DNA of 64,000 bases from Eledone cirrhosa (GCA_964016885.1 OZ024740.1:226610001-226674000); one strand, 5' to 3'; shown: positions 1-13,307, counted from the stretch's first letter. The notes: generated from the sequence alone by a model not told the origin. Numbers and translations are program-made.

Positions 1-143
1 GGGTTCAATTCTACACAATAGCCATTCAATAACTTTCTTCCTCTCCTCCGATAGTGTCACCAGCTGGCCACAGATCAACTCCTGGTCAACCCCGAAGACA
101 ATGGAACAGTCCAAGGCCTCTAAATGTTGCCGGAGACTTTCAA
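1..143 (-). CDS. Internal coding exon (runs off the window edge), HAUS7-like (augmin subunit 7) N-terminal region
   Basis: The minus-strand acceptor TTTATTTCAATTCAG ends at 144. A phase-1 open frame follows: xESLRQHLEALDCSIVFGVDQELICGQLVTLSEERKKVIEWLLCRIEP. From memory this resembles the HAUS7 N-terminus (L..L.C....G.....I...L......R..(I/L)LEW...R..P); not database-verified. Confidence 0.6.
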
Positions 144-829
144 CTGAATTGAAATAAACCGCCATTATACATACAGGTTTTCAAAAATTCAAAAATCCTA
201 ACCATCCTAAAACTAAAGAGCCCAGCTGAGGGCACAAATAGATTGCTATGGCCATTGCTGGTGGGGGCCCCCACTACAGAGGGCCCAGAGCAATTTCCCC
301 TTCATCCCCCATTAAATCCAGTCTTGTAGGTGACAGTAAAAGCTGTGCTGGTAATGTTGTTTATTATATATAGTAAGTGAAATGATTATGATGATGGTGG
401 TGGAGGTGGTGGTGATGGTGGTGATGGTGATGGGGTAGTGATGGTGATGTTAATGGTGGTGGTGGTGGTGGTGGTGACAGCATTGGAAATGAGAAATAAT
501 CCTGCTGTTATTGTTTTGCCCCAGGTCAACACTGATCCTGCAAACCTATGATCAAAATTGTTCCAATTGTGACCAACCTGTCTTTTTGTATAGAGTGAAC
601 TATATTGTTAGTATGTCCTTCCATTTTTAATATTGAAAGGTGTGATTTGAGGGAGACCTGGCTTTTATTTCTAGCAGACTAATAGAGGCTCAGTTGATTT
701 TGCTGTTATGTATGCTGTCATTGCTGGAGGTGGCAGTACCTAATGGTGATGGTGGCGTGATGGTTGTGTTGTGGGAGGTGGTGAGGGTGAGGGTGAGGGT
801 AGTAATGGTGGGAGGTGGTGGGGTTGGTG

Positions 830-1900
830 AGGGTAGTAATGGTGGTGGAGAAGCTGTATGTGGTGGTGGTAGTAGTTGTGATAGTGGTGGTGATGTTGAT
901 GTCGTTGTTAGTGATGATAGTGATGGCAGTGATGTTGGTGGTAGTGATGTTGGTGGTGGTGGTGGTGGTGGTGGTGGCGGTTGCGATAGTGGTGATGATG
1001 TTGGTGGTGGTAGTAGTTGTGATAGTGGTGGTGATGTTGATGTTGTTAGTGATGATAGTGATGGCAGTGATGTTGGTGGTAGTGATGTTGATGTTGGTGG
1101 TGGTGGTGGTGGTTGTGATAGTGGTGATGATGTTGGTGGTGGTAGTAGTTGTGATAGTGGTGGTGATGTTGATGTTGTTGTTAGTGATGATAGTGATGGC
1201 AGTGATGTTGGTGGTAGTGATGTTGATGTTGGTGGTGGTGGTGGTGGTAGTTCTGATAGTGGAGGTGATGTTGATGTTGGTGGTGGTGGTAGTTGTGATA
1301 GTGGTAGTGGAAGTAGTTGTGATAGTGGTGATGGTGTTGGTGGTGGTGGTGGTGGTAGTTGTGAAAGTGGTAGTGGTGGTATTTGTGATAGTGGTAGTTG
1401 TGAAAGTGGTAGTGATGGTAGTTGTGATAGTGGTGCTGATGTTGGTGGTGGTGGTGGTAGTTGTGATAGTGGTGATGGTGTTGGTGGTGGTGGTGGTAGT
1501 TCTGATAGTGGTAGTGGTGGTAGTTGTGATAGTGGTGATGTTGATGTTGGTGGTGGTGGTGGTAGTTGTGAAAGTGGAAGGGGTGGTAGCTGTGATAGTG
1601 GTGATGGTGTTGGTGGTGGTGGTGGTGGTGGTGGTAGTTGTGAAAGTGGAAGGGGTGGTAGTTGTGATAGTGGTGATGGTGTTGGTGGTGGTGGTGGTGG
1701 TGGTGGTAGTTGTGAAAGTGGAAGGGGTGGTAGTTGTGATAGTGGTGATGATGTTGGTGGTGGTGGTGGTGGCAGTTGTGAAAGTGGTAGTGGTGGTATT
1801 TGTGATAGTGGTGATGATGTTGGTGGTGGTGGTGGTGGTGGTGGTGGTGGTAGTTGTGATAGTGGTAGTGGTGGTAGTTGTGATAGTGGTGGTGGCTAAG
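830..1900. repeat. GGT/GAT/AGT-rich minisatellite with higher-order units
   Basis: Recurrent unit ggtagttgtgatagtggtg(at)g, with roughly 125-bp blocks repeated at about 865-1260. This explains the 401-aa and 384-aa low-complexity ORFs. Confidence 0.9.
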
Positions 1901-2149
1901 GTGGCTATGGTGGTAGCTATGGTGGTGGTATCAATAGTGATTGAACCACCAATGCTGATAACTCACTGAATTCTTCCTCATTCCTACAATTCAACCTCCC
2001 CCCCCCCAACATCACTCAGTCCCTCCACCACCACCAACTCCTCAAACACTATTACAACTGCACTTCCTTCTTTCTCTCTCTCTCATTCTTTCTACCTCAT
2101 TCATTCATTCTTTCATTCAATCATTCATTATTTTCCTGTCACCCAACAC

Positions 2150-2333
2150 TTACTACAACTACTACTACTACAAAAACTACTACTACTACTACAATTACTA
2201 CTACTACTACAAAAACTACTACTATTAGTATTTTTACCTACTACTGCTACAACCACTGCTGCTGCTACCACTACTTCTACTACTACTACTACTACTTTTA
2301 CTTACTATTACTGCTACTACTACTAATACTACC

Positions 2334-2365
<32 letters not shown>

Positions 2366-2575
2366 CAACACCACCACCACTACTACTACTACTACTTCTA
2401 CAACTGCTACTATCAACACCACCAACACCAACACCACCACCACCACCACCACCACTACCACCACTACTACTAATATTATTACTACTACTACTACTTCTAC
2501 AACTGCTACTATCACCACCATCAACACCATCAACACCAACACCACCACCACCACTACCACTACCACCACCACCAA

Positions 2576-2610
<35 letters not shown>
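2150..2610. repeat. (ACT)n/(ACC)n trinucleotide tract
   Basis: Read directly from the sequence. Confidence 0.9.
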
Positions 2611-2612
<2 letters not shown>

Positions 2613-3004
2613 TCTTTTCCTGCTTCACAATCTACAACACCCTCATGTGACTCCTTTTTCCCCTTCCTACAGTGCCAAACTCTTCACCAACCCACCCACC
2701 CAACCCCACCACCATTGCTGTATTAACATTGTTTATGTACATCATTTAGTTGCCTTCTCCTTCTTGTATCTCCTACCACCAGCACAGTGTGCCACTCATG
2801 CTCCTCCATCATTCACCCTCTTTTCCTCATATCGATCTGCCTCCCTGTCTCTCTCCCTCTCTCATTCATGTGCCCTATACACTTACTCCCTACTTTTATC
2901 ACTCACTTTTGCCTCATACACATACATAAGTGGTTGTGTATGTTGGTGCATGTGTGTGTGTATAATTATATACTTATGTATGTGTGTATATGTGTGTATG
3001 TGTG

Positions 3005-3059
<55 letters not shown>

Positions 3060-3114
3060 ATATGTATATATATATGTATGTGTATATGTATATATATATA
3101 TACATGTGTATATG

Positions 3115-3183
<69 letters not shown>

Positions 3184-3188
<5 letters not shown>

Positions 3189-3378
3189 AACCAGTAAGAC
3201 CCCGACAGCTGAGCTCAAGCCGTTTCGACGGCTAATTGAGTCCAGAATTAGCCGTCGAAACGGCTTGAGCTCAGCTGTCGGGGTCTTACTGGTTCCTATT
3301 ACCCACTCTACTACCTCAAGTATTGAGTACTTTGGTGCGTTATGGTCCACCTGGTTCCTTACCACATTTCCTTCGTTA
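3184..3378 (+). mobile_element. Fold-back element in (TA)n, CCCCGAC family, copy 1
   Basis: Perfect 54-bp inverted repeat (3184-3237 / 3246-3299, 8-nt loop) plus an ~80-bp tail containing TTGAGTACT at 3323. Flanked by (TA)n. Homologues at 26530, 43252 and 52204. Confidence 0.8.
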
Positions 3379-3414
3379 TATATATATATATGTATACATA
3401 TATGTATATGTATA

Positions 3415-3471
<57 letters not shown>

Positions 3472-3524
3472 ACATATATGTATATGTATATATATGTATA
3501 TATATATATATTTATATATATATA

Positions 3525-3708
3525 TAATAATTGTTTCTACTTTTGGCACAAGGCCACAATTATCCCAGTGCATTATTGGTACTTCATTTTATCGACCCCG
3601 TAAGGATGAAAAGCAAAGTTAACCTCGGTGGGATTTGAACTAAAACTGTAAAGGGACATAACTCTATGCTGGAAAGCATGGTGTCCGACCCTCCACCGAT
3701 ACTGCCAA
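3525..3708 (-). mobile_element. SINE family C (tRNA-derived, ~185 bp)
   Basis: Reverse complement of the 38662-38844 copy, with B-box GTTCAAATCC and core TTTGC.TTTCATCCTTACGGGGTCGATAAAAT. Confidence 0.8.
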
Positions 3709-3761
3709 TAATAATAATAAAAAAGACGATTTGTTATGTCTTCATTTTTATTATTACAATC

Positions 3762-3797
<36 letters not shown>

Positions 3798-3804
<7 letters not shown>

Positions 3805-4089
3805 ATATGTTGAGTGAAAGCTACTGTGCAAGATTTGTTTGGGAAACCAGGTAATTTGATATCTCCCCCACTCGTTTTATCTTATGGTGTTGACAAGAAG
3901 GTCAGTGGTTATCTACTGACTGTTATCTATAATTATCTATCTATCTTAAGACAAAACAAAAACAAAAACAAACAAAAAACACCAACATCTCTCATAAGAG
4001 AAAAATAGTTGAGGAGATATCAAATTACCTTCCCCCACTCATCTCAGGAAAAGTGTTTCACAGAAGTTTTCACTTGACACATGGGTTTT
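3798..4089. mobile_element. Older, degenerate fold-back/MITE-like element in (TA)n
   Basis: Imperfect 30-bp terminal inverted repeats (AAACCCATATGTTGAGTGAAAGCTACTGTG / CACAGAAGTTTTCACTTGACACATGGGTTT) and a perfect inner 17-bp IR (GGTAATTTGATATCTCC / GGAGATATCAAATTACC). Confidence 0.6.
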
Positions 4090-4112
4090 ATTTTATATAT
4101 ATATATATATAT

Positions 4113-4634
4113 ATCATCATCATCATCATGATCGTTTAACGTCCATCTTCCACAATTGCATGGGTTTGGACGGGAGTTTTCCCACTTGAGGCAAGAGTGG
4201 TTGTCTTGCTCGTATAGGACTGTCTGGCAGGTTTTCTATGGCTGGATGCCCTTCCTAACACCAACCACATTTACAGTGTGGGACTGGGAGGTTTTTACCG
4301 TGTTGCCTACACGGCCACATTACAGCGTGGACTGTGTGTTTTTTTGTCGTGACACCTACACGACCTCATTTGTTTCGGCCTGGATGTTGTGGCACCAACA
4401 TAACTTTACATTGAAAGGGGCGGTGTGGATGGGACGGGGGTGGTGGGACGGGGGTGTATTTTGTTAGAGATGCCTACTGACTGTAGTAGGTTTTACTTTG
4501 TATTTAGGTAAGGCGGGTCTTCTCTATTACTGAGTGCCGCCAAAGATCTCGGTCCAGTGACATTGTCTTGGAGAGGTGTAAGTGTGTGAGGTCGGAATTT
4601 ATCAAGTCGTCCCAGGTTTTTCTGGGTCTGCCTA

Positions 4635-4638
<4 letters not shown>
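4113..4638 (-). mobile_element. 5'-truncated RTE-clade LINE 3' end (family B)
   Basis: The minus strand encodes GRPRKTWDDLINSDLTHLHLSKTMSLDRDLWR, the typical RTE ORF2 C-terminus. A 3' UTR follows, ending GGACGTTAAACG(ATG)n. Confidence 0.85.
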
Positions 4639-4714
<76 letters not shown>

Positions 4715-5883
4715 TATTATTTTAACAATGAAAACAATAAATAACAAAGTCAAGTTATTTTACCTATTCATTTCATTGTTTTACTTGATTTCAAGATCTG
4801 AAAGTAGTGAGTGTGATTCCTGGAGAAGATGTTGCATTATGTTCTTGAGTACAGCATTTTATTTCCAACGGGATGGAAAAAATAAGTTGTAATGTTATTG
4901 ATGCCAAGCTATTATCAGCCTTTCCTTTGGACAACACTGGTACCATGAAGAGATGGGTGATTGTTGGTCTTCTACAAAACTCTTTGTCCAAGCTTGTGAC
5001 TTGCACAGGAACTTTTCAAGTGCAAACCCATAGTTAGTCATGACCGAAATGTGCCTAATGTAGCATAATTTATAGTGAAAATTTAGATAAATGTGGAAAT
5101 TTGTTCATACACAGAAAAGCTTAAGAGATTGCCATTACATGTCTAAGGGCTGATTGGCTGTTCATCAGAAAGCAATTATCCTTATCCTTTTGTCCACAAA
5201 GACAGCTACTGTCAAACACTATTTATATAGAACACAAGCCAGAATTGAACTGAAACAGTTTGATTAGTTTGCCCAGTAAGCATTCATTGGTGATGTAATT
5301 AAATAAACTAGTAATATTAACATACAACATAGTTGATATTAGAAAATATAAAATAAATTTAATGTAGATATAAATATAATTTATAAGCCTTGTTGCAAAA
5401 ACTTATATAAATGTAACAAATATTAATTTGCCCTAATATTTTTCACAAGTGTTTCAAATTTGTTTAAATTTAAACAGTGAGCCTCATTAATGTAAGGTAT
5501 TAAATTTCTCTTCATCATCATTAGGCTCTCTAATATACTTTATGTTCTGCAAAATGAATTACACCAATGACAAATGACTGTTATGTAAATCTGATGAACC
5601 ATTTCAGTCAAGTCCTAGTTTGTATTTGATACAAATAATCTTTAGTGAGCAAATGTATGACTGTAGCCTTTTTCATGAACAGAATGATAAGGGTACTTAT
5701 CTTCCGATGAATGACCAATTAGCTGTGAAATGTGTAATGACAATCACTTAAGTTTTGCTCTGTACAAGCGGAATACAAGTATGTTTTTCACATTTGTTTG
5801 AATTTTCACAGCAGAGCTTATAATCTGTAGTTATACATACATTAAATTTATCTTAGGTTTATTAATATACATTATGATATATA

Positions 5884-6041
5884 TGGACGCCATGCTTTCC
5901 AGCATAGTTACGTCCCTTTACGATCTGAGTTCAAATCCCGCCAAGGTTGACTTTGCCTTTCATCCTTAAGGGGTCGATAAAATAAAGTACCAGTAATGCA
6001 CTGGGTAATTGCTGGCCTTGTGCCTAAAATAGAAACAATTA
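5884..6041 (+). mobile_element. SINE family C, 5'-truncated
   Basis: GAGTTCAAATCCCGCCAAGGTTGACTTTGCCTTTCATCC...AGAAACAATTAT. Confidence 0.8.
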
Positions 6042-6151
6042 TGATATATATGTATATATGTATGGTGGGTTGCGAGCGTGACAACCACTCTTGCCTCAAG
6101 TGGGAAAACTCCCGTCCAAACCCATGCAAGCGTGGAACATGGACGTTAAAC

Positions 6152-6190
<39 letters not shown>

Positions 6191-6440
6191 ACATATATAT
6201 AACAAAAATAAACTGCTGAAAGATGCTGGAAAGTTATGCCTACAAATTTTAAAGCTCAATATATTTCTATAGTCAGTGAAAAGAAGATGTTGGCATGTCA
6301 TCTATTATTTTATTTACTTGTTCTAATATTTTGGACATATCAGGGCAGGTAATGTACATGTATATATATATATATGTATAAATGTACGTATATATGTATA
6401 TGTATGCGTATATATATATATGTATGTGTATATATGTATA

Positions 6441-6568
<128 letters not shown>

Positions 6569-6829
6569 TATATAAATATGTGTGTGTGTGTATGTGCATA
6601 TATTTATATGTATATACATACATAATTTATTCTTGTGTTTAAGATATATCTCCCTTGGCAGTGCTAATCTTTCAAATCTCATGTCTCTCCTCAGGTGAAT
6701 CGTGAGATTTGAAATATGAAAACTGGCATAAGGTAGTGATTATAAATAATAAATGTAATAACAATAACCTTCATTATATTGAGTTCTTGATATATGTACT
6801 GGTTTTCTTAGTCTTTTGATTAAGAACCT

Positions 6830-6870
<41 letters not shown>

Positions 6871-6878
<8 letters not shown>

Positions 6879-7268
6879 ATACTTGGGGAGGGTCATATTT
6901 GTGTAATATTGCTAGAATTAATAACAGAACACACTCACTGTTTGGTTGGTTTTCGCTTTTCGCTTCTGTGTCTTTTATATCGGTAATCTAATTTATTCGG
7001 TCCTCAATGTTGCCATTGACTGACTAACGGTAAAAAATAATACAGATACAATATTCTGTATTATTTTTTACCGTTAGTCAGTCAATGGCAACATTGAGGA
7101 CCGAATAAATTAGATTACCGATATAAAAGACACAGAAGCGAAAAGCGAAAACCAACCAAACAGTGAGTGTGTTCTGTTATTAATTCTGGCAATATTACAC
7201 AAATATGACCCTCCCCAAGTATAACAATATTTGTTTCGACACACGATTTCATATCAAAAACCTCGCAA

Positions 7269-7271
<3 letters not shown>
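6871..7271 (+). mobile_element. Large fold-back element in (TA)n (GGGAGGGTCAT family)
   Basis: Near-perfect ~176-bp inverted repeat (6871-7046 / 7055-7230, one mismatch seen) plus a 41-bp tail TTGTTTCGACACACGATTTC...; related copy at 11973. Confidence 0.85.
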
Positions 7272-7314
<43 letters not shown>

Positions 7315-7484
7315 CTTGCCTCAAGTGGGAAAACCCCCGTCCAAACCCATGCAAGCGTGGAACACGGACGTTAAACGTTGATGATGATGATGATGATGAT
7401 ATATATATATATGTATATGTATCCTGGATTCAATCGGGGATAACAACAGTAAGTAAAGTACTCAATACATAGCTGAGTATAATT

Positions 7485-7625
7485 ATTTAATGTCCATTGT
7501 CTATGCTTGCACTGCATCTCGCCACTTGCCATGTTCCTTCATCATCTCCTCTGTGAGTTTTGGTGATTTGATGTCAGCTCTCACCACCTCTGCCCAGGTC
7601 TTTATTGGTCTACCTCTACTACAAC
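7485..7625 (-). mobile_element. Degenerate RTE LINE 3' fragment
   Basis: The minus strand reads ...RGRPIKTWAEVVRADIKSPKLTEEMMKEHGKWRDAV, similar to 10078-10228. Confidence 0.7.
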
Positions 7626-8703
7626 TTCCTTCTACTGGGATTTCCTGGCATTTCTCATCCTGTTGTTATTGTATGGAGATGCTATAACATATCTTATAAA
7701 ATGGTGTGAAGACCCTTAAAAGACAGAAAAAAAAGTTGCCATTGGTTGCTATGAGTAATTGAACCCCATATCTTTCATATATCTGCTAGGCTTTTTAACC
7801 ATTAAGCCAAGAGTCTGTGACAATACTTGCTGCCTTACATTAGATACATAGCTGAATAACAGCTTTCAGATATCATCAGACATCCGTATGTAAATAAATA
7901 AACATTGTGTGTATGTAGCCGATCTCTCAGACACTTAAAGTGCTGAGAAGACAAAGATATCTTACTCTTATCACCTGAAGTTAAAGGCTGAAATACTGGC
8001 TTGAGGGAGTTTCTTCACTGAAGACCTTCTGCTGCCCAGCTCTCCTGATCGTTTCTTACCACATATAGTATTCAGAGATTGATGGAATTATGTTATATTG
8101 AAAATATAACTGTGCTCCAGTTTCATCATTTTTATTAAGGATTTTCGTATTTCCTTTGTATTTATGATTACTTTGGAGGACCAGTAGCATTCATAAATTC
8201 CATGACTTAATTTTCAAATTCGGAATGGTGAAACTAGTGACGTATTAGTCACATGATTAGCAGTTCAGGTTTGGGTGCCCCAGAGCAGTTAAGTTTTGGT
8301 GGGGCTAGGGCTATACCTAAAGGGGGCCCTGTTTGACAAGGGGTGCCCCTCTCCCTCCTTGATAAATCTGGTAGATTATGAGCACCTGCTCTAAAATTTT
8401 TCAACTGTTGAAGTGGCAGTCATCATAATTTGTTTGTGTATGTATTAATTTCTGGCTTATGTTATGATATTAGCAGAGCCTCCATTGGGGTTCACCTTGT
8501 TTTTTGTCAGATTCTTAGACAATTGGTATTTTACCATAGTTTTAGGTCAAAATAAGCCTTGAGAGGGAAACTGGATTGGTGGAAACTATTTCGAAATCTG
8601 TTGAATGAAGTGTACATATACATTTAAAGGTTCCCTGTGTCACATTGATGCTCCTTGAAATTTAAATTAAGAGTCCTTGTGTCTGGGGCATACGCAGTCA
8701 CTT

Positions 8704-8790
8704 ATACAAGGGTTGGCTGAATGGTTCATAGTCTGACCAACATACTCTCTTGGAATGACCAAATGAGGTTTATTTTTCAACATAGTCCCT
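8704..8790 (+). mobile_element. Tc1/mariner-like terminal fragment
   Basis: TATACAAGGGTTGGCTGAATGGTTCATAG...TTATTTTTCAACATAGTCCC resembles mariner-type ends (from memory). Confidence 0.35.
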
Positions 8791-9313
8791 GGAAAGAAAC
8801 AATGGAGTTATTAATAAACAAAGTTGAAATTAATGCTGGCAAGATTTCACAGCCCTAGCAAACTGCCTGAATCCACCGTTCATTTTATGACATAAAGCTG
8901 TTTATATTCATCTAAAGCTCTTCCATCATGATTTTTTTAGAACCTTTTTATGCTCCAAACACTAGCTTAATGAGAAAGTTAGTTATATTACTAAATCCCT
9001 TCAAATTCTTGATTATTTTAGAAAGGGGTTGAATGTTATTGGTAATATTCTATATATAGAGATACATATAAGATGTATTTTTCAGTTATGTTAAGGATAT
9101 AAGAGCATCCCTTGTATTGGTGATCTACAGGATAAACGCGCCCAGTACATGGTGTTATGTGGTTGGTGATAGGAAGGGCATCCAGCTGTAGAAAGCTTGC
9201 CAAATAAAGGGTTGGGAGGATGATCACAATCTCCACTGTGCACTTGATAGACTGGGAAACTGTTACATAAGTGAGATGCGGACAACTCACCCAGGAGATC
9301 TGTCGTCCTACTT

Positions 9314-9398
9314 CAGGGTGTCCAAAAATGCATACACACTTCTAAATAAAAGTATTCTAATAAAAGTGTGTATACATTTTTTGGGACATCTTGTGTAT
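9314..9398. mobile_element. Tiny Tc1/mariner-type MITE (~85 bp)
   Basis: Imperfect TIRs CAGGGTGTCCAAAAATGCATACACACTT / AAGTGTGTATACATTTTTTGGGACATCTTG; related copy at 32930-33018. Confidence 0.6.
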
Positions 9399-9404
9399 GA
9401 TCAT

Positions 9405-9742
9405 TCATCATCATTTCATTTTACGTCCGCTTTTTCCCTGCTTGCAAGGGTGGGATGAGAACTGATTCTGGCTTGATTTCTACAGCTGGATGCCCTTCCT
9501 AACACCAACCTCATTTACAGTGAGTGCTGGGTGCTTTTTTGCCGTGGCACCTGCACGACCACTTTGCAGTGGAATGATAGGGACCCCAATCCCTATCATC
9601 TCATTTCTACAGCTGAGTAAACTGGAGCAATGGGAAATAAAGTCTCTTGCTCAAGGAAACAACACATCACCCGGTTTGAGAATTGAACTCACAACCTTTC
9701 GATTGCAAGGCCAATGCTCTAACCACTAAGCCATGTGCCTCC
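9405..9742 (-). mobile_element. SINE family A (tRNA-derived head, CORE/V-like centre, RTE-like tail)
   Basis: The head GGAGGCACATGGCTTAGTGGTTAGAGCATTGGCCTTGCAATCGAAAGGTTGTGAGTTCAATTCTC carries A and B boxes. Centre CCTTGAGCAAG.CACTTTATTTC; tail GGACGTAAAATGA(TGA)n. About 10 copies in the window. Confidence 0.9.
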
Positions 9743-10029
9743 ATTGTATATATTTATATATATATATATATATATCGATCGACTTTCGTCAAATCGGACA
9801 GAGGAAATAATGTTTACGTTGGTCTTTCCAGTTGCTAATACTATCTATCGGTCGCAACTCCAGGTAGAAGGAGCAACGTGAAATAAAGTGTTTTGCTCAA
9901 GGACATAATGCATCGCTCGGTCCAGCAATCGAACTCACAACCTCAAGACTGTGAATCCAATTCTCTAACCACTCAGCCACATGCCTTCACATGTATATAT
10001 GTGTGTATATATATGTGCGTATATATATA

Positions 10030-10072
<43 letters not shown>

Positions 10073-10077
10073 GTGTA

Positions 10078-10228
10078 TGTGGGCAGAGGTGGTGAGAGCA
10101 GACTTCAGATCGCTGAAACTCACCGAGGAGATGACGAAGGACCGTGACAAGTGGAGAGATGCTGTGCTGAATAGGACCCGTCCAACCCTTGCAAGGAGGG
10201 AAAAGCGACGTAAAATGATGATGATGAT
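10078..10228 (+). mobile_element. RTE LINE 3' end (second family)
   Basis: Encodes WAEVVRADFRSLKLTEEMTKDRDKWRDAVLNRTRPTLA and ends GACGTAAAATGATGATG. Confidence 0.75.
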
Positions 10229-10250
10229 GTATATATGTGTGTGTGTATAT

Positions 10251-10583
10251 ATCATCATCATCATTTTACGTCCACTTTTCCCTGTTTGCAAGGGTGGGAC
10301 GGGAACTGATTCTGACTTGATTTCTACAGCTGGATGCCCTTCCTAACACCAACCTCATTTACAGTGAGTGCTGGGTGCTTTTTTGCCGTGGCACCTACAC
10401 GTCCACTTTGCAGTAGAATGATAGGGACCCCAGTCCTATCATCTCATTTCTACAGCTGAGTAAACTGGAACAATGTGAAATAAAGTCTCTTGCTCAAGGA
10501 AACAACACATCACCCGGTCTGAGAATTGAACTCACAACCTTTCGATTGCAAGCCCAATGCTCTAACCACTAAGCCATGTGCCT
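10251..10583 (-). mobile_element. SINE family A
   Basis: Near-identical to 9405-9742. Confidence 0.9.
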
Positions 10584-10636
10584 ATACATATGCACATATA
10601 TATATATATATATATATACATACATATATATATACG

Positions 10637-10709
<73 letters not shown>

Positions 10710-10710
10710 G

Positions 10711-10751
<41 letters not shown>

Positions 10752-11127
10752 GTGCGCATATATATATATGTATATATATATATATATGTGTGTGTGTATG
10801 TGTGTGTGTATATATATGTATGTATATATATACATGTGCATATATATATATGTGCATATATATATATATGTGTGTGTGTATATGTGTATTTACATATATA
10901 TATAAATATATTTATAATATAAATGTAGGAATGAAAGGGTAAAAAATAGTCAATACTGTTTACCAAACAACTTAAAGTTCATCGTCTAGACTGACGGAGG
11001 CCAGTTTATATAGAATTTCCTGTCTTTTACTTTGCCAACTTCTCCAGCTGTTCCTTCACTTTATATCTCTCTAGGTCTCTTCCTTTCTCTTATGCACACA
11101 CCGATAGTTACAAACACATATATATAT

Positions 11128-11468
11128 ATCATCATCATCATTTCATTTTACGTCCGCTTTTCCCTGCTTGCAAGGGTGGGACGGGAACTGATTCTGGCAT
11201 GATTTCTACAGCTGGATGCCCTTCCTAACACCAACCTCATTTACAGTGAGTGCTGGGTGCTTTTTTGCCGTGGCACCTCCACGACCACTTTGCAGTGGAA
11301 TGATAGGGACCCCAGTCCCTATCATCTCATTTCTACAGCTGAGTAGACTGGAGCAATGTGAAATAAAGTGTCTTGCTCAAGGAAACAACACACCACCCGG
11401 TCTGAGAATTGAACTCACAACCTTTCGATTGCAAGCCCAATGCTCTAACCACTAAGCCATGTGCCTCC
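11128..11468 (-). mobile_element. SINE family A
   Basis: Full-length copy. Confidence 0.9.
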
Positions 11469-11814
11469 ATACGTATATCTTATGTATATATCCATCTATC
11501 GATGTGACTTCATATATTTCGTTATCCATCCGTTTGTTTATCTTACTCGGTATATCTATCTAGAACTTTCTATCTATCGCTTATCTCTCTATGTATCAGT
11601 ATATCTCTCTATGTATCAGTATATCTACCAATGGCTCTATCAATATAGTAATCTCTCTCTGTATATACATATATATATATATATATGTGTGTGTGTGTAT
11701 GTGTGTGCGCGTACGTGTGTGTGTGTATTTGTCTGTCAATCTATCTATTTTTTTATTTCCCTATCTGTTTATCTATCTATCGGCCTATATATATATATAT
11801 ATATACATACTGCT

Positions 11815-11887
<73 letters not shown>

Positions 11888-11924
11888 TAGGTATATATAC
11901 AGATAGGTATATATATATATATAT

Positions 11925-11972
<48 letters not shown>

Positions 11973-11980
<8 letters not shown>

Positions 11981-12230
11981 ATGCTTTGGGAGGGTCATGT
12001 TGCCAATAAGAAACACACGAACCAGTTGCTTTCACTTCAATTTATTATAAATTAAATTTATAAATTTAAGAATTTATAAATTTCTGATTGGTTGGTTGGT
12101 TGGTTGGTTCCACAACCAGACGATTGTTCAAATATTGTCAAACTTCTTTCTTATTGACAACATGACCCTCCCAAAGCATAACAATATCAGTTTCAACACA
12201 CGTTTTCAGATAAAGAATCTTGCTAAACAA
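11973..12230 (+). mobile_element. Fold-back element, GGGAGGGTCAT family, copy 2
   Basis: 41-bp inverted arms (11973-12013 / 12147-12187, one mismatch). The tail TTTCAACACACGTTTTCAGATA is homologous to the 7231 tail. Confidence 0.75.
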
Positions 12231-12316
12231 ATTCAGAAACGAAATATATATATATGTTGATTTAAAACTTCACTATTCACAAGTGTTTTTTTAAGCTTTT
12301 TCATATCATGTCTCCC

Positions 12317-12387
12317 TATTTTATCTGATGAGAACGCAGATATCATCCCATGATGATATTTGTTTTTGAAATGCGCATAATAAAATA
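12317..12387 (+). ncRNA. Type I hammerhead ribozyme (minimal, palindromic stem III)
   Basis: Stem I TATTTTAT/ATAAAATA (8 bp); CTGATGA at 12325-12331; stem II GAACGCAGATATCATC-CCAT-GATGATATTTGTTTTT (15 of 16 paired incl. G-U); GAAA; palindrome TGCGCA; UA cleavage site. Confidence 0.8.
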
Positions 12388-12423
12388 CTTGGAAACTTGG
12401 AACTCTTTTAACCATCTTTTGAT

Positions 12424-12895
<472 letters not shown>

Positions 12896-12904
12896 CACAC
12901 ACAC

Positions 12905-12964
<60 letters not shown>

Positions 12965-13111
12965 TTCTAATGAATGAAACAGTTCTAGTCCTGTAGAATC
13001 TCATCTATATTAAAACTATATATATATATATATATATATATACCTATCTGTTTGTTTGTCTATCAATTTATATATCCATCTATCCTACAATATATATATC
13101 TGTTTGTATAG

Positions 13112-13254
13112 CTGAGTATAGCTTTCACACTCTTCAAACGGTTAAAACGGTACGGCACTGGATGGCTCCTGTTCACAGCATAGTGAATCCCCTTTACTAC
13201 CTGTACAGTGGAGTGATACCGGCAAAACGACGGCAGCAGCTGCAGCAGCAGTAA
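13112..13254 (+). CDS. Candidate terminal exon of a class A GPCR (TM7-like)
   Basis: Acceptor TGTTTGTATAG, then phase-1 frame xEYSFHTLQTVKTVRHWMAPVHSIVNPLYYLYSGVIPAKRRQQLQQQ* with an S-x-x-N-P-x-x-Y motif. No upstream exons recognised. Confidence 0.35.
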
Positions 13255-13273
13255 TAATAGCAGTAACGTAACA

Positions 13274-13307
<34 letters not shown>

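Noticed and set aside
694-1969. 401-aa Gly/Ser/Asp/Cys ORF and overlapping 384-aa poly-Val ORF
   Set aside because: Two frames are open simply because the GGT-based repeat lacks stops. Both use non-ATG starts and have no supporting gene structure. A glycine-rich structural protein cannot be fully excluded without expression data.
9490-9729. Recurrent 'MPFLTPTSFTVSAG...' ORF
   Set aside because: It is an antisense reading of SINE family A, not a protein family.
10960-11010. Possible minus-strand hammerhead remnant
   Set aside because: The CUGANGA core is not recognisable.
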